Source of the DNA: the human T2T-CHM13v2.0 reference genome, Homo sapiens
Length of the DNA: 64,000 nt
Reading direction: 5' to 3' (one strand)
Assembly: GCF_009914755.1 (NCBI RefSeq)
Contig: NC_060936.1
Shown: in pieces, positions 13,382-24,975 of the stretch
How positions within the stretch are numbered: the stretch's first letter is position 1
How the letters are laid out: the number at the start of each line of letters is the position of its first letter
Notes under the pieces: model-generated
Databases searched by the model: none
What the model was told of the DNA's origin: nothing
The model's input: the letters and a program-made list of their open reading frames with translations, nothing else
Made by a program: the position numbers and the translations under genes

Positions 13382-13538
13382 ATCCAAAGATAGCATCTTC
13401 TGTCACTGCTGGAGTTGCCAGTTCACTCTCAGAAAAAATAGCCGACAGCATTGGAAATAACCGGCAAAATGCACCATTGACTTCCATTCAAATTCGTTTT
13501 ATTCAGAACATGATACAGGAAACGTTGGATGACTTTAG
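13382..13538 (+). CDS. NEDD1: NEDD1 coding exon (NPKIASSV...ETLDDF)
   Basis: ctttattttag|AT and AG|gtagta. 157 nt, phase 1 to 2. Confidence 0.96.
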
Positions 13539-14384
13539 GTAGTAATTGAGAAACTACTCCTTCTATCTAGACCTTACTTGTTTTTTTTTTAGATGTAAAA
13601 CCAGAACTATAGATAATGTTGTTGGTTACTATTGTCTAGGTTCTGGTAATCCTAAAGCCATAGAAAACATAATGAGTTTTGTTGATCTTTTCGTACTGCA
13701 TTTATTGATTATGAGCCAGGAAAAGGCACATTTACCTAGGGCAATTATTAGGTAACTCAGCAGGGCAGTCTAGCAGGTAGACTGCCATTGTGAACTTTTT
13801 TTATTATTAAAATGTGGACAAGTTCTGGTAAGCTTAAATTGGGTTCTTAACCTGCAGTATGTTCATAGATCTATTAGGTATGCTGTGTGCAATAATGTAG
13901 TAGAAAAAGATACTTTAAAGCACAATTCTGAATGTTTTCCAATAGAATGCATCAGAATGTAATACTTAATCTAAAAAAAATTCTTTCTCAGACTTATCCT
14001 TGTCTGTCTCATCCTTCGAATTGTGAACATTCTAAGAATGTGTTCTACAATGCTGCTTTCTTTTATCATCTCAATATTTTTGGAAGCTATCTTCAATTAT
14101 TAAAATCATTGGTGCCTTTTTTCCTTTCTAACCTATAGTTAATGTTGTAGCTCAGATTTGGATTACCGTAAGCAAGAATGTTGGAGAAAATGTGCAGTTT
14201 TTGTTGGTGCATGCTTCCTTTTAATGTTTTAAAATACTTTTAAAATATATTTTTAAATGTCGAAAAATACTTTTTAAAGAAAAATTGTAATTTTGGCATT
14301 TACCCTACCTAGTATATGTACCAGATACTAAGGATACATCAAATGATCTGCCACAAAGGCCTTGTGATGTAGTTGGGCTAGGTG

Positions 14385-14954
14385 CAGTGTGTTCTGCCAT
14401 GTGTGTTTCTCTTAATGTGAATTAATTCATTTGGGATCAGTAAAATAGAACACTGTTGACAATATGATGAGGAAATTTTGTTTGTTCGTGTAATAGCAGC
14501 CAAAATAAAGTACACCTGAACACAGCTGAATGCAGCAAACCCCGTCAGCATCCATCTCTTTTTATTCACTTCCTCTTGGCTTGGCTGTGTGGTCTGTTAG
14601 AAGTACTTATTTTGTGATTATTTCCCATCTTTGGGCATTTTGCTCTTGCCTCTGTAACTTGATAGCCGCAATCCTTCTATCCTCTTCCATTAAGTGACCA
14701 TCACTTCTTCACAGTAAGGGTATTATTCAATAATTATCTATTAGATTTTTACTATGTCTTTTTAACTATGTTAGTATTTTTATTAGGATTTAATTGTTTT
14801 TGTTGTGCTCTGGTTACAAAGTTGCATAGGTTTTTGAGTGCTTTGCCCTAATCCTTTTTCCCTAAGTTCTGTTATTTTTAATACACAGTGTTAAAGAATA
14901 TACGTTTTTTTCAGGAGTGCATAAATATTTATGGCATAATAGTAGAACTGTCTG
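14385..14954. mobile_element. Probable old TcMar-Tigger-derived DNA element
   Basis: Degenerate terminal inverted repeats cagtgtgttctgccat ... atagtagaactgtctg and a Tigger-like subterminal sequence. Confidence 0.45.
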
Positions 14955-15249
14955 GATACAGCTGACTATAATACAGTGTGAGCAAAGTGATGTTGAAATC
15001 ACAGAAAGGGAGCAGTTCTTCTGTGGGGGCAGATTTAGAAAGGTACACTGAAGAGATTTTATTTTATACTGATGTGTGTGGGAACAGCTTGAGCAGAGAC
15101 ATGATCATACATTCTAGGAATGTTTGCAGAGAGAAGGCACCGTGGTAAGAGACCAGGCCTGAGGGACAGTTGTGAAGGTCTTAACACACAGGTAATGGAG
15201 AGCCATCAGAGTTTTTAAGCACAGGAGTAATGGGTGCTGTCTATTTATT

Positions 15250-16980
15250 ACCCATTTATTCAACAAGCATTTGGGTGTCAGTTCACCACTGGCTTCAGAT
15301 GATTTGAGGACAGTGGGCTCAGGGCCTTTCCTTCAGCAGACCCAGGGATCTGAGTGCTGGAGCAACTCTGAAATCGCTGTGCATTTCTGCCCCGCTGCCA
15401 GCTTTCGGGGTGGCTGGAGCTTGTTTTTCACTATCTAACCTGTTCCTGGCTTTCTGTGCCTCAGGAGAAGTGTGTCTGTCCCACTTTCAGCCCTGCAGAG
15501 CTGCTGCAGCACGTTTGGTGAAGACGTACAGTCAGTGCCTCTTGGTTTTGCTGCCCTGTGCTGCATGTCTGCACCTAGGAGTGGTGGGTAGGGACTTCTC
15601 TCAGCTCTTCTGCCCTTTGACCATAGGCAGCCTCTGCCTGGGACGCAGTGAAGACCCAGAGTGGCTCAGAGGATTTCCATAAATTCACTTGTTTTGCCAT
15701 TTGCCTAGGTGTTCATCAGACTAGGTGTTCATCTACACCTATCATTGGCAGGACAGAGAGGGTATTGAGGACCTCTTTCTCAGCCATCCTCCCGTGGCTG
15801 CCATCTTCTCCATGAGAGCCTGGAGTGCCTTAGAGGGGTTACTCTCAGTTCTTCTCTGCTGCCCTAAGGTTTCACCAGGCTCTGTGCATCTGTATCTTAG
15901 GGAGTCTCCCTCAGCCCTCCTGTTACACTTGTCCCTACTTTTTTTACATGAGCGCTGAATGAAGGCTTGTGGGAAAAAGTTGGTGAGTAAATTGAGACTC
16001 TCCTTGTGGCTGGGACCCCTTGGAATTCTAAACTATCAAGCAGTGTTTACTTGGCTTTTAAAAATCTTATTAAAATTTCAGCTAGTTCTTTTTACTCTGT
16101 CAAGGGCATGAAGATGGGTCTCTTTTCTCCTAGTCATGGGTCTCTTTTCTCCTAAGAGGAACTCCTCATTTTCTGGATTTTAGTTCATTTAGATTTCTTT
16201 CCATTCTCAGCTCTCGGTTGAATTTAAAATAATATGATTTTATAGGTTATCAGGTTTGTTTTCGTTATTAGAGTTGAGAAATTATACTTTTGCACCAACC
16301 TAATACATCCTAAGTGGAAATCTGTGCATCTGTTTCTGTTGTCTATTAAGAAGATTTAAGTTTCTTTTGGCAAGCAGATCCCTTTGATCCTTTGGTTACT
16401 AGGTTCAGGTTTTCTTAGCACTAGTTTGTTTCCAGTTTGCCTTTATTCCTAGTGTGTAGTCTTTTCTAGGACATCAGCTGAATGTCTGGAGTATTCACTG
16501 TCTTTTTTACCTTGGTGGGTCCCAAACTTCAGCCTCTATTTTGCCAGCATCACAAGACTTCCAGAATACTTTCTCTGCTCTTTAGTTACTTGTTTTTTGG
16601 TTGGTTTCCTGCCATCTAACCCAGGGGGAGCATTGCTTAGAAGTCAACAGATGTCTTGAGGGGAAATTCCACAGTTTCAGGCTTAGTTTTCTGCAGGCCT
16701 CCTCTCTTCAAGACCTTGGCTCTTACAGCCTTGGCTACCTTGGTAGGCCCAAACTCTTAATACTCCCCCACCCAGCGAGACTATCTCAACCTCCAGGCCA
16801 CTGCTTCAGCTCGGTTTCTTCTCCACACTGTGGAATCAGCACATACTCTAGAAGGAAAAACAGAGGTAAATGAAGAGCTTACCTAGTAGTCTTTCGTTTG
16901 CAAGATCATGGCCCTTCAAGTCCTGGCTACCTCAATGGTTCCCTGATACAGTGTTTTTGTTTGTTTTCAATACAGTTTTT
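15250..16980 (-). mobile_element. Ancient L1M 5'-region fragments (antisense)
   Basis: T/C-rich degenerate sequence similar to the block at 34860-35500 and to old L1M 5' ends. Confidence 0.45.
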
Positions 16981-17019
16981 ACTATAATTGAAAGTAGAAG
17001 AGGAAATTTTTAAAAATAC

Positions 17020-18570
17020 CCTCATAGTTAGAACAGAAAAACAATAAGTTACTTGGGAATAAATCTACCAAAGGTAGTGAAGATTTTTGTAGAAAAACAT
17101 TAAAAATTTTTTTTGTTTAAAAGCATTAACATTTAAATAAATGGAGAGATTATAAAGATATTAGTTCACCTAAATAGGTCAGTAGATTGAATGCAATTCC
17201 AATTAAAATCCCAGCTGGGATTTGGAAGAAGATGATGAAGTGATTCCAAAATATGTATGGAAGGAAAAAAATCTAAGAATAACTAAGACATTTCAGAGAA
17301 GAATAAGGTTGAAGGGGACTTATTTGTCAGATGAATACACTTAATTATTAAAGTATAATTAAGATATATAGCATGGCACAGGGATGACATACTGGCCAAA
17401 GGAATGAAATAAGCTGGAAAGAAACCTATGCATATATGGAAATAATAGAGAGGTAGCATTGCAGATTTATGTGCAAAAAATGGAATAATCAGTAAGTTGT
17501 GTTGTGACATTTGTTTTTTCCTGTAAAAAATAAGTATAGATTCCATGCAATTGAGAAAAATCAGTTCCATGTAGATTAAAAGTTGACTTTATAAAAGTTT
17601 ATAACTTCATGGTAGGAAATCATTAAAAATAAAATAATGCACTGCCTATAAAAATACATTGGTAAATTTGACTGCATTATTAGTATATTTGAGCACATTA
17701 ATAAGAACTATTTATCACACAATATCACAGAGTGAAGGGATAAGAAGATACCTGCAGTTCTCATATAAATAACAAAGGATCAGATTATGTAAAGAATGCT
17801 TATAAATGAATAAGAAAAAGATATGAAAAAGCATTTCAAGGAAGAGGAATGGTATATGAACACAGGAAAGATATTCAACTTCACAATTAATCAGAGAACT
17901 AAAAATGCAATGAGATACCGTGTCACACCGAGTAAATGGGAAAATATAAAAAATCTGGTAATACTAAGTCTTGATGATATAGAGCAAGAAGAACTCTGTT
18001 ATACTGGTGACATCCATTGATAACTACCTTTGGAAAACAATTTGCATGATTTTGTAAAAGTATACACTTGAGTTACAGTTGGTTATATCATCAATGGACA
18101 TTGGCACATGTGGGTTTGGAGATAATACATGATTGTTTATAACAACGTTGGAATAGTAAAAACTTGAAAACAGTCAAAATATTAACAGGAAAATAGATAC
18201 ACCAGTACAAACTAATGATATACAGATATATAAAACATGAATCTTCAAAACAATATTGAATTATTTCTTAAATATAAGCTATATGGTACCCTTTTTTGTA
18301 ATGCTCAAAAACATGCACAATGAAAACATTGACTACAGATTATATGTTATACAAATGTATTAAAAAAGCAAAAGCATTTCTTTGTCCAACAAAATTCAGG
18401 AGAGTAATGACTTCTTTCTTGGGCTTTTTCCCAAGAGTTAAGTGATAGAATCAGACAGGAACACACAGGAAGCTTCTATTATTTGGTAATGTTCTAGTTC
18501 ATAAGTTGTGTGGTGGGTGACTGAGTGTTTCTTTTGTTATTATACTTAATAATTTTTACATATTCTTTTG
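17020..18570 (+). mobile_element. L1ME-type ORF2 end and 3'UTR fragments
   Basis: aatgcaattccaattaaaatccca, aatgcaatgagataccg and ctttggaaaacaattt motifs. A-rich and heavily decayed. Confidence 0.7.
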
Positions 18571-18769
18571 TAGGCATGAATTAATTGTATTTTATTGAGT
18601 AAGCCATGCTATATCCACCCAAATTGCCACTTTATACTGAAAGTACATTTTTTCAATAGCTAAACTGATAATAATAAAATGATCTTTCTAACCTAGTGAA
18701 TTTTCTGTATTTCATTGTAAGATAAGTTTGTGTCTTAATGACAATTTCTATATAAAGGAATATAGTATC

Positions 18770-18995
18770 GGAGAGTTCAGGGGTTAAACAGCCTGGGTTT
18801 ACATCCTAGCTCCATCATTTACTGGTTGTGTGACTTTGAACAAGTTATATCTACTCTGGTTAAGTTATTTCTTTTGTAAAATGGACCTGTAATAATTGCA
18901 TCTACTTGTGAAGATATTTTAAACGAGTTCTTACATTTAAAGTAAAGGAAACAGTGCCTAGCACATAGTGAATAAATGCTCAGTGCATTGGTATT
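18770..18995 (+). mobile_element. MIR SINE
   Basis: gcctgggtttacatcctagctccatcatttactggttgtgtgactttgaacaagtt...acagtgcctagcacatagt. Confidence 0.8.
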
Positions 18996-19120
18996 TTTAT
19001 TATTATAGTAATTATTAACATTCAGTAATTTGGCAAATGAAAAAGTTTAGTGAGTTTCTTGAATGACCTAGAATTGGTTAAACTATTGTAATTCTAAAAA
19101 GTATTTTACATTCTTCCTAG

Positions 19121-19187
19121 AGAAGCATGCCATAGGGACATTGTGAATTTGCAAGTGGAGATGATTAAACAGTTTCATATGCAACTG
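19121..19187 (+). CDS. NEDD1: NEDD1 coding exon (REACHRDIVNLQVEMIKQFHMQL; C-terminal gamma-tubulin-binding helix)
   Basis: ttcttcctag|A and CTG|gtatgt. 67 nt, phase 2 to 0. Confidence 0.96.
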
Positions 19188-19637
19188 GTATGTATGGCAA
19201 ATTTTATTTTAATATTTTAAATGAAAGTAGAGTTGTGTGAATTTTTAAAAATCCATGAAAGGTAATATATTTTAGTTGTTTTGTTTAGTTTCTAAGATAA
19301 ATAGGGAGTTTTATAGACTAAATAAGTAAAATAGATTTTAACTGGTCACCTCCTTTTTAACCTCTGAGATACTTAAGCCTTCTTTTTTCCATGGCTTTCT
19401 TCCTGATAAGTAAGCAAAAAGCATTTTAAATGTGCAAATATAAATTTTCCAAATATACTAATTTCACCAACGATCTTCCATTTATATTAACAAACTAGTA
19501 AGTTGTTAAGTACAAGAAATATCATTCACCTAGTTAATTGAACATGAGAGAAATGATAGCTGAAAGTATATTAAACATAGCCTGCCAAATAAATGTGAAA
19601 TATCAATAATTTAAAAAGCATTTTCCTGTTTTTCTAG

Positions 19638-19742
19638 AATGAAATGCATTCTTTGCTGGAAAGATACTCAGTGAATGAAGGTTTAGTGGCTGAAATTGAA
19701 AGACTACGAGAAGAAAACAAAAGATTACGGGCCCACTTTTGA
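19638..19742 (+). CDS. NEDD1: NEDD1 last coding segment (NEMHSLLE...KRLRAHF*)
   Basis: tttttctag|AAT, then 35 codons ending in TGA at 19740-19742. Coiled-coil C-terminus of NEDD1. Confidence 0.97.
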   Translation, partial: NEMHSLLERYSVNEGLVAEIERLREENKRLRAHF

Positions 19743-21375
19743 AATTTCAGTGAATACCTTAATGTTCTGTAATTTGGGAAGTTTCTGGCAACACAGAACT
19801 ACATAGAATCAGTATTGTTTTCATGGCCTCCAGGGAAAAAATGTTTTTCAAGTAAGAGTAAAAGGGTGATGGGATTTTATACCAACAACTGTTTCATCTT
19901 AAAAATATGTATATTTTTATATTAAAAATTGTACAGTATGTCATCTACCCAATAGGAAAGTCAACAGGATCTTTATTTTTTGAAAGCTTTAGCCATCCAC
20001 TAAGTGCCCTTTTTCATAAGAGAAGAAAATTGTGCATAAAAATTGGTTATGTTTGTTTTTTAGTCATCTTTTTTAACATATATTTTTGATTGACAAATTG
20101 CCTTTCAAATTTTTGGGGCTAGTTGAGATTTAAAGAGTTTGATATGCCTTCTATTTTTATGGAGAAAGTAATTTTAAAATGGCAATTGGTGTTTCTAAGC
20201 CATTGACTAATAAAACATAGGGTTGGCTAGTAATTATTTTGTTAACTTGATGAAGTCAAGTATGACTATTATTTATTGTACATTTGATAAGACAATTTTT
20301 GGAATTTTGAATTGCACAAATTACATGATATCTTTTGCATTTATGTTACTATATTGTACTTCTGACAAATCTTTATTCCTGGGTGGTATTTTTAAGATAT
20401 CTTTACCTATAAAAAATGTTTAAGGTTCATAGGACTCGACAAGAGCTATCTGGTGATTTTCTCATTAGTAACATGCAACGTTGTACTGCAAAATTTCAAT
20501 CAACATGACAACTTATAATGAGTGGAGATTTCATATTAGGTACTAAATATTATAGTATTATTTCTATTTTCTTTTTCCAAATAAGAAGCTTGGATTATTT
20601 TATTTTGTGGTCTTTATCATTAACTTTAATTCTTTCTGTACTGTGTATAATATTTTTATATTATTGGCCTTACCATAAAATTATTTAGAAAGGTTGTCAA
20701 AATAAGTTATACCTCTTTGGCAATAGATAGATGTATACATCTACCTACTATGATCTACAATTTTAGGTTAAGTGAAGCTTGGGGGGGCTACTGACTTGGT
20801 TACCTTCTTGTCTCTTGTCCCAAAGATTTAAACTGTGTACCTTTGTATAGCTCTTCTGCCCCATTTTGACTTCTGAGATGAAAGTATTTACTAAAATTAA
20901 AAAAAAAAAAACAAAAAACAAACCTTTAGCTCACTAACTTTATGGGTTTCTGAAGTGATGGAAATTTTTAAGGATATATTTAATAAGCATAAACTTACTA
21001 ATAATTACTTCCAAAAATAAAAACAGGAATATTACTTTTACCCAGTGTGGTTTATAGCATACATTTGTACTGAAGCATATAGGGATGTTAATGTGATCTT
21101 TTCCTGACAGATTATGAAAGCATTATGACTTGTAACAAGTTTCCTTGTATATCACTAACAGGTTTAGAAGACATAAATATTAGTGTGTTTTGCCTACATG
21201 GTGTATTTAAATCTATTAATATTTTCCTGTTGCTTTTTTAAAAAAATAAATACACATAATGTATATTAAAAGAGGTGGGATGAAATAATTTTAGTAATTA
21301 TGTGTACAGATGAAACATTTTTGTCATGGAATTTAAAAGCTAAGTAAGTATAAAAAATAAAATGTTATATGCAAA
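19743..21375 (+). other. NEDD1: NEDD1 3'UTR (end approximate)
   Basis: AU-rich, repeat-free sequence after the stop codon. AATAAA at 20209, 21016, 21245 and 21356. L1 sequence begins shortly after. Confidence 0.75.
21356..21361 (+). terminator. Probable distal polyadenylation signal AATAAA
   Basis: Last AATAAA before the L1 block, with upstream TGTA (CFIm-type) motifs at ~21260 and ~21303. Confidence 0.6.
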
Positions 21376-22535
21376 AAATAGGAAACATGAAATTGAAATT
21401 TCATTGTTGGCCAAAATGATATGAGAGATTTACCTTCCCACCTGAAATTAAAAAAGAAAATATGTGAAACAGTTGTCAGATATTGATCCTTGAGAGAAAC
21501 AAATGAGACCTAAGAAACTCAATGAACCTCAAACACAAGAAATAAAAAGAAAACTATGCCAAGGCACATCATTATCAAATTCCTTAAAGCCAGCAACAAG
21601 GGAGAATTTGTTTTAAGTAGCTAGAGAAAAAACACATAGAAGGACAGAGAGAAGAATGTCAGACACTGGAGCAACATCTTTAAAGTACTGAAAGAAAAGT
21701 TCAATTTAGAATTCTATACCTAGCGAAAATATTTTTCAAAAGCAAAAATGAAATAACTTTTTCAGACTTAGAAAAGCTAAAAGAGTTTATCACAAGCAGG
21801 CTCGCACCACAGGAAATGATTTAAAAAAATGCCTTTAGAAGGAAATTATACCAAATAGAAATCTGCAGCTATACAAAGGAATGAAGAACACCAAAAGTGG
21901 TAAATATGTGAGTAAATATAAAAATTATTTTTCTATTTTAAATTTATTTAAAAGACAATAGATTAAAGCAAAATAGTAATAATAATAGGGTGTTGTGCGG
22001 TTAACATATGTAAAGTGAAATATATGACAATATCAAGATTGGGATGATGGAAATGAAAGTATACTGCTCTAAAGTTCTTATACTGACCATGAAGCAGTAT
22101 AACATTCCCTGAGAGTAAACTGATAAGAATGTGTATTATAAGACCTAAAGCAACCACAAAAAGAAAATCAGTGAATAAACAGCTAGTAAGCCAGTAAAGG
22201 TGATAAAATGAAGTCATAAAAAAAAATCTGAAAGAAGAACAAAGAGTCAATGGGACAGATAGAAAATAAACACTAAGATAGTAGATTTAAATAGCTGTAT
22301 CAATTAAATGTAAATTGTCGGTTATCCTTTTTTAAAATCAGTTGAGTCTTGCTTTTTTTAATCCACCTGTTTTGAATACAAGAAACCCACTTTATACTGA
22401 ACAGAATGCAAATGAAAACAAAATATCAAAATTTGTAGGAATCAGCTAGAGCAGTACTTACAGGGGAATTTATAGCATTAAATGTATATATTAAAAAAGG
22501 AAAGATCTCAAGTCAGAGTTGTCAGCTTCCACCTT

Positions 22536-22694
22536 TTTTTTTTTCTGTTAAGGAGACAGGAATTTCACTCTGTTGCCTAGGTTGAAGTGATTATATAATA
22601 GCTAACTTTAGCCTTGAACTCCTGGGTTCAAGTGATCCTCCCACCTCAGCCTCCCAAGAAGCTGGGACTATAGGCATGTGACACTACGCCCAGC
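22536..22694 (-). mobile_element. Free right Alu monomer (FRAM-like)
   Basis: Single right arm with a poly-T head. TSD agcttccacctt (22524-22535) / agcatccacctt (22697-22708). Confidence 0.8.
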
Positions 22695-22801
22695 ATAGCA
22701 TCCACCTTAAGAAGTTAGAAAAATAATAGCAGATGAACTTCAAAATAAAAAGAGAATAAAGAGATAAAAAATCAGTTGAGGAAATCGGTGCAATTAAAAA
22801 C

Positions 22802-22937
22802 TTTTTTTTTTTTTATTTTTGTAGAGGCAGCGTTTCACTATGTTGCCCAGGCTGGTCTTGAACCTGGCCTCAAGTGATGCTCCCACCTCAACCTCCCAAA
22901 GTGCTGGTATTGTATGTATGAGCCACCCTGCTTCGCC
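22802..22937 (-). mobile_element. Free left Alu monomer (FLAM_C-like)
   Basis: Single left arm (gttgcccaggctggtcttgaac...ctcccaaagtgctgg...gagccacc). Confidence 0.8.
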
Positions 22938-24818
22938 TCTGTTTCCTTAAGATCAAGAAAAATGATAAACCTTTAGCTAGACTAAAGAGAAAAAGAGACA
23001 AAATTACCAACATCGGGGATGAGAGAATTGACAACACCACAATTTCTGTAGACATTTCTGATAAGATGCCAAACCTAAATGGCTACACTGATGAATTCTT
23101 TCAAAGATTAAAAGAAGACAATATCCCAATATTTTACAAAAGCTTCCAGGAAATAGGAGGGGATAATTTCCAGCTCAATGTTTGAGACCAACATTACCCT
23201 CATGCCAAAATAAGGCAGCATCATGACAAGAAAACTAGACAATATTTGCCATGAAGACAGATGTAAACGTTCTAAACGAGATTTTTTTAGCAGTTTGAAT
23301 CCAGTGATGGGTAAAAGAGAACACATATGACCAAGTGAGGTTTATCTCAAGAATGCAAATTTGGGCTAACATTAAAAATCAATTGTAATTCGCCATATTA
23401 AACGGACTAACAGGAAAATTATGTGATCACCTCAATAGATGCAGAAAGAGCATTTGATAAAACCCAACATTCATTCTTGATAAAAACTCAGCAAAGTAGG
23501 AATAAAAGAGAACGAAAAGGACATCAAAAACCCCCAGCAGCTAACATTAAACTTAATACTGAAAAACTGAATGTTTTTTTCCCTAAGATCAGAGGCAAAG
23601 CAAGTGTATATGATGTTCTCTTCTATTAAACATTCTATTAGAATTTCTAGCCGAGGCAATTCGCAAGAAAAAGAAACAACATCCAGATTACAAAGGAATA
23701 AGTTTTTAAACAGCCTCCACTCTGACTATAGAAAATCCAATGGAATACATGAAAATATCTAATAAGTTTAATAACGTTACAGGATACGTCTATCTACAGA
23801 ACTCAATTGCATTTCTATATACTTGCAACAATCAGAAAATGGAACTAAAAATATAGTAGCATAAAAATATGAGATCATTAAGTGTAAATTTGATAAAATA
23901 TATGCAAGACCTGTACACTGAATTCTACGAAACAGTGCTGAGAAAGTAAACTTGAGAGATACCATGTTCACGGATTAGAAGGCTCAATATTGTTCAGCAT
24001 CAGTTTCCCCCACATTGATCTGTAGATTCGGCAAAATCCCAATAAGAATTTTAGTAGGTTTTTTTGGTAGAACTTGTTAAGCTGCTACTAAAATTTGGAA
24101 ATATATAAAGGACCTAGAATAACCAAAGCAACTTTGGGAAAATAAAACAGCATAGTAGAGGTCTAGAAATTACAGCACTGTAATTTCTAGACTTGTTACA
24201 AAGCTATTAAGATAATGCAAAAGTGCATAAACGTCACATAGATCAGTGTAGCACAATAAAGTTCAGAAATACACCCACACATTTATAGTCAACTGATTTT
24301 GACAAACGTGTAAAGCTAATTCAAAACCTAAAACGTGAAAGGTAATCCTTTCCAGAAAAAGGATAAACTTTCCAAAACACTGTGCTGGAACACACATGCA
24401 AAAACAAAAACCCTGATGCATACTTCACACCATCTACAAAAATAAACTCAAAGTGGATCATAGATAGACCTAAATGTAAAACTTAAAACTAAAAAAAAAA
24501 AAAAATTCTGGAAGATAAGACAAAGATCTTTGTATGTTTGGGGTAGATTTTGTGTATGCGACACCAAATGAATAATCTCCAAAAGTAAAAATTGATATAA
24601 ATTGGATTTTCAAAGACCAATTAAAGTATAGTATTGGAAAGGTACCAGTAAGATAATTAAAAGACAAATCACAGACTGTGAGAAAATATTTGCCAATCAT
24701 ACATCTAATAAAGATCTTGTATTCAGAATATATAAACGCATTTCAAGACAGAAGAAAATAACCCGATGTTTTACATAGACAATGACTGAGATAGGCACTT
24801 CACCAAAGAAGTTATGAA

Positions 24819-24975
24819 GCTGGGTGTGGTGGTGTGGTTTCAATTACTCAGGAGGCTGAGGCAGGAGGATTGCTTGAGCCCAGGGGTTTAAGGCTGCAGC
24901 GAGCTATAATCATGCCACTGCATTCTAGCCTGGGTGGCAGAGTGAGAGTATCTCTAAAAACTAAAAAAAAAAAAA
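24819..24975 (+). mobile_element. Alu right monomer (FRAM/AluJ-like)
   Basis: ggaggctgaggcaggaggattgcttgagcccagg...gccactgcattctagcctggg with an A tail, flanked by atgaag direct repeats. Confidence 0.8.

Noticed and set aside
20896-20922. ATTAAA plus an A run in the NEDD1 3'UTR as a poly(A) site or retrocopy tail
   Set aside because: It is a genomic A-tract with no TSD. It would more likely cause oligo-dT internal priming artefacts.
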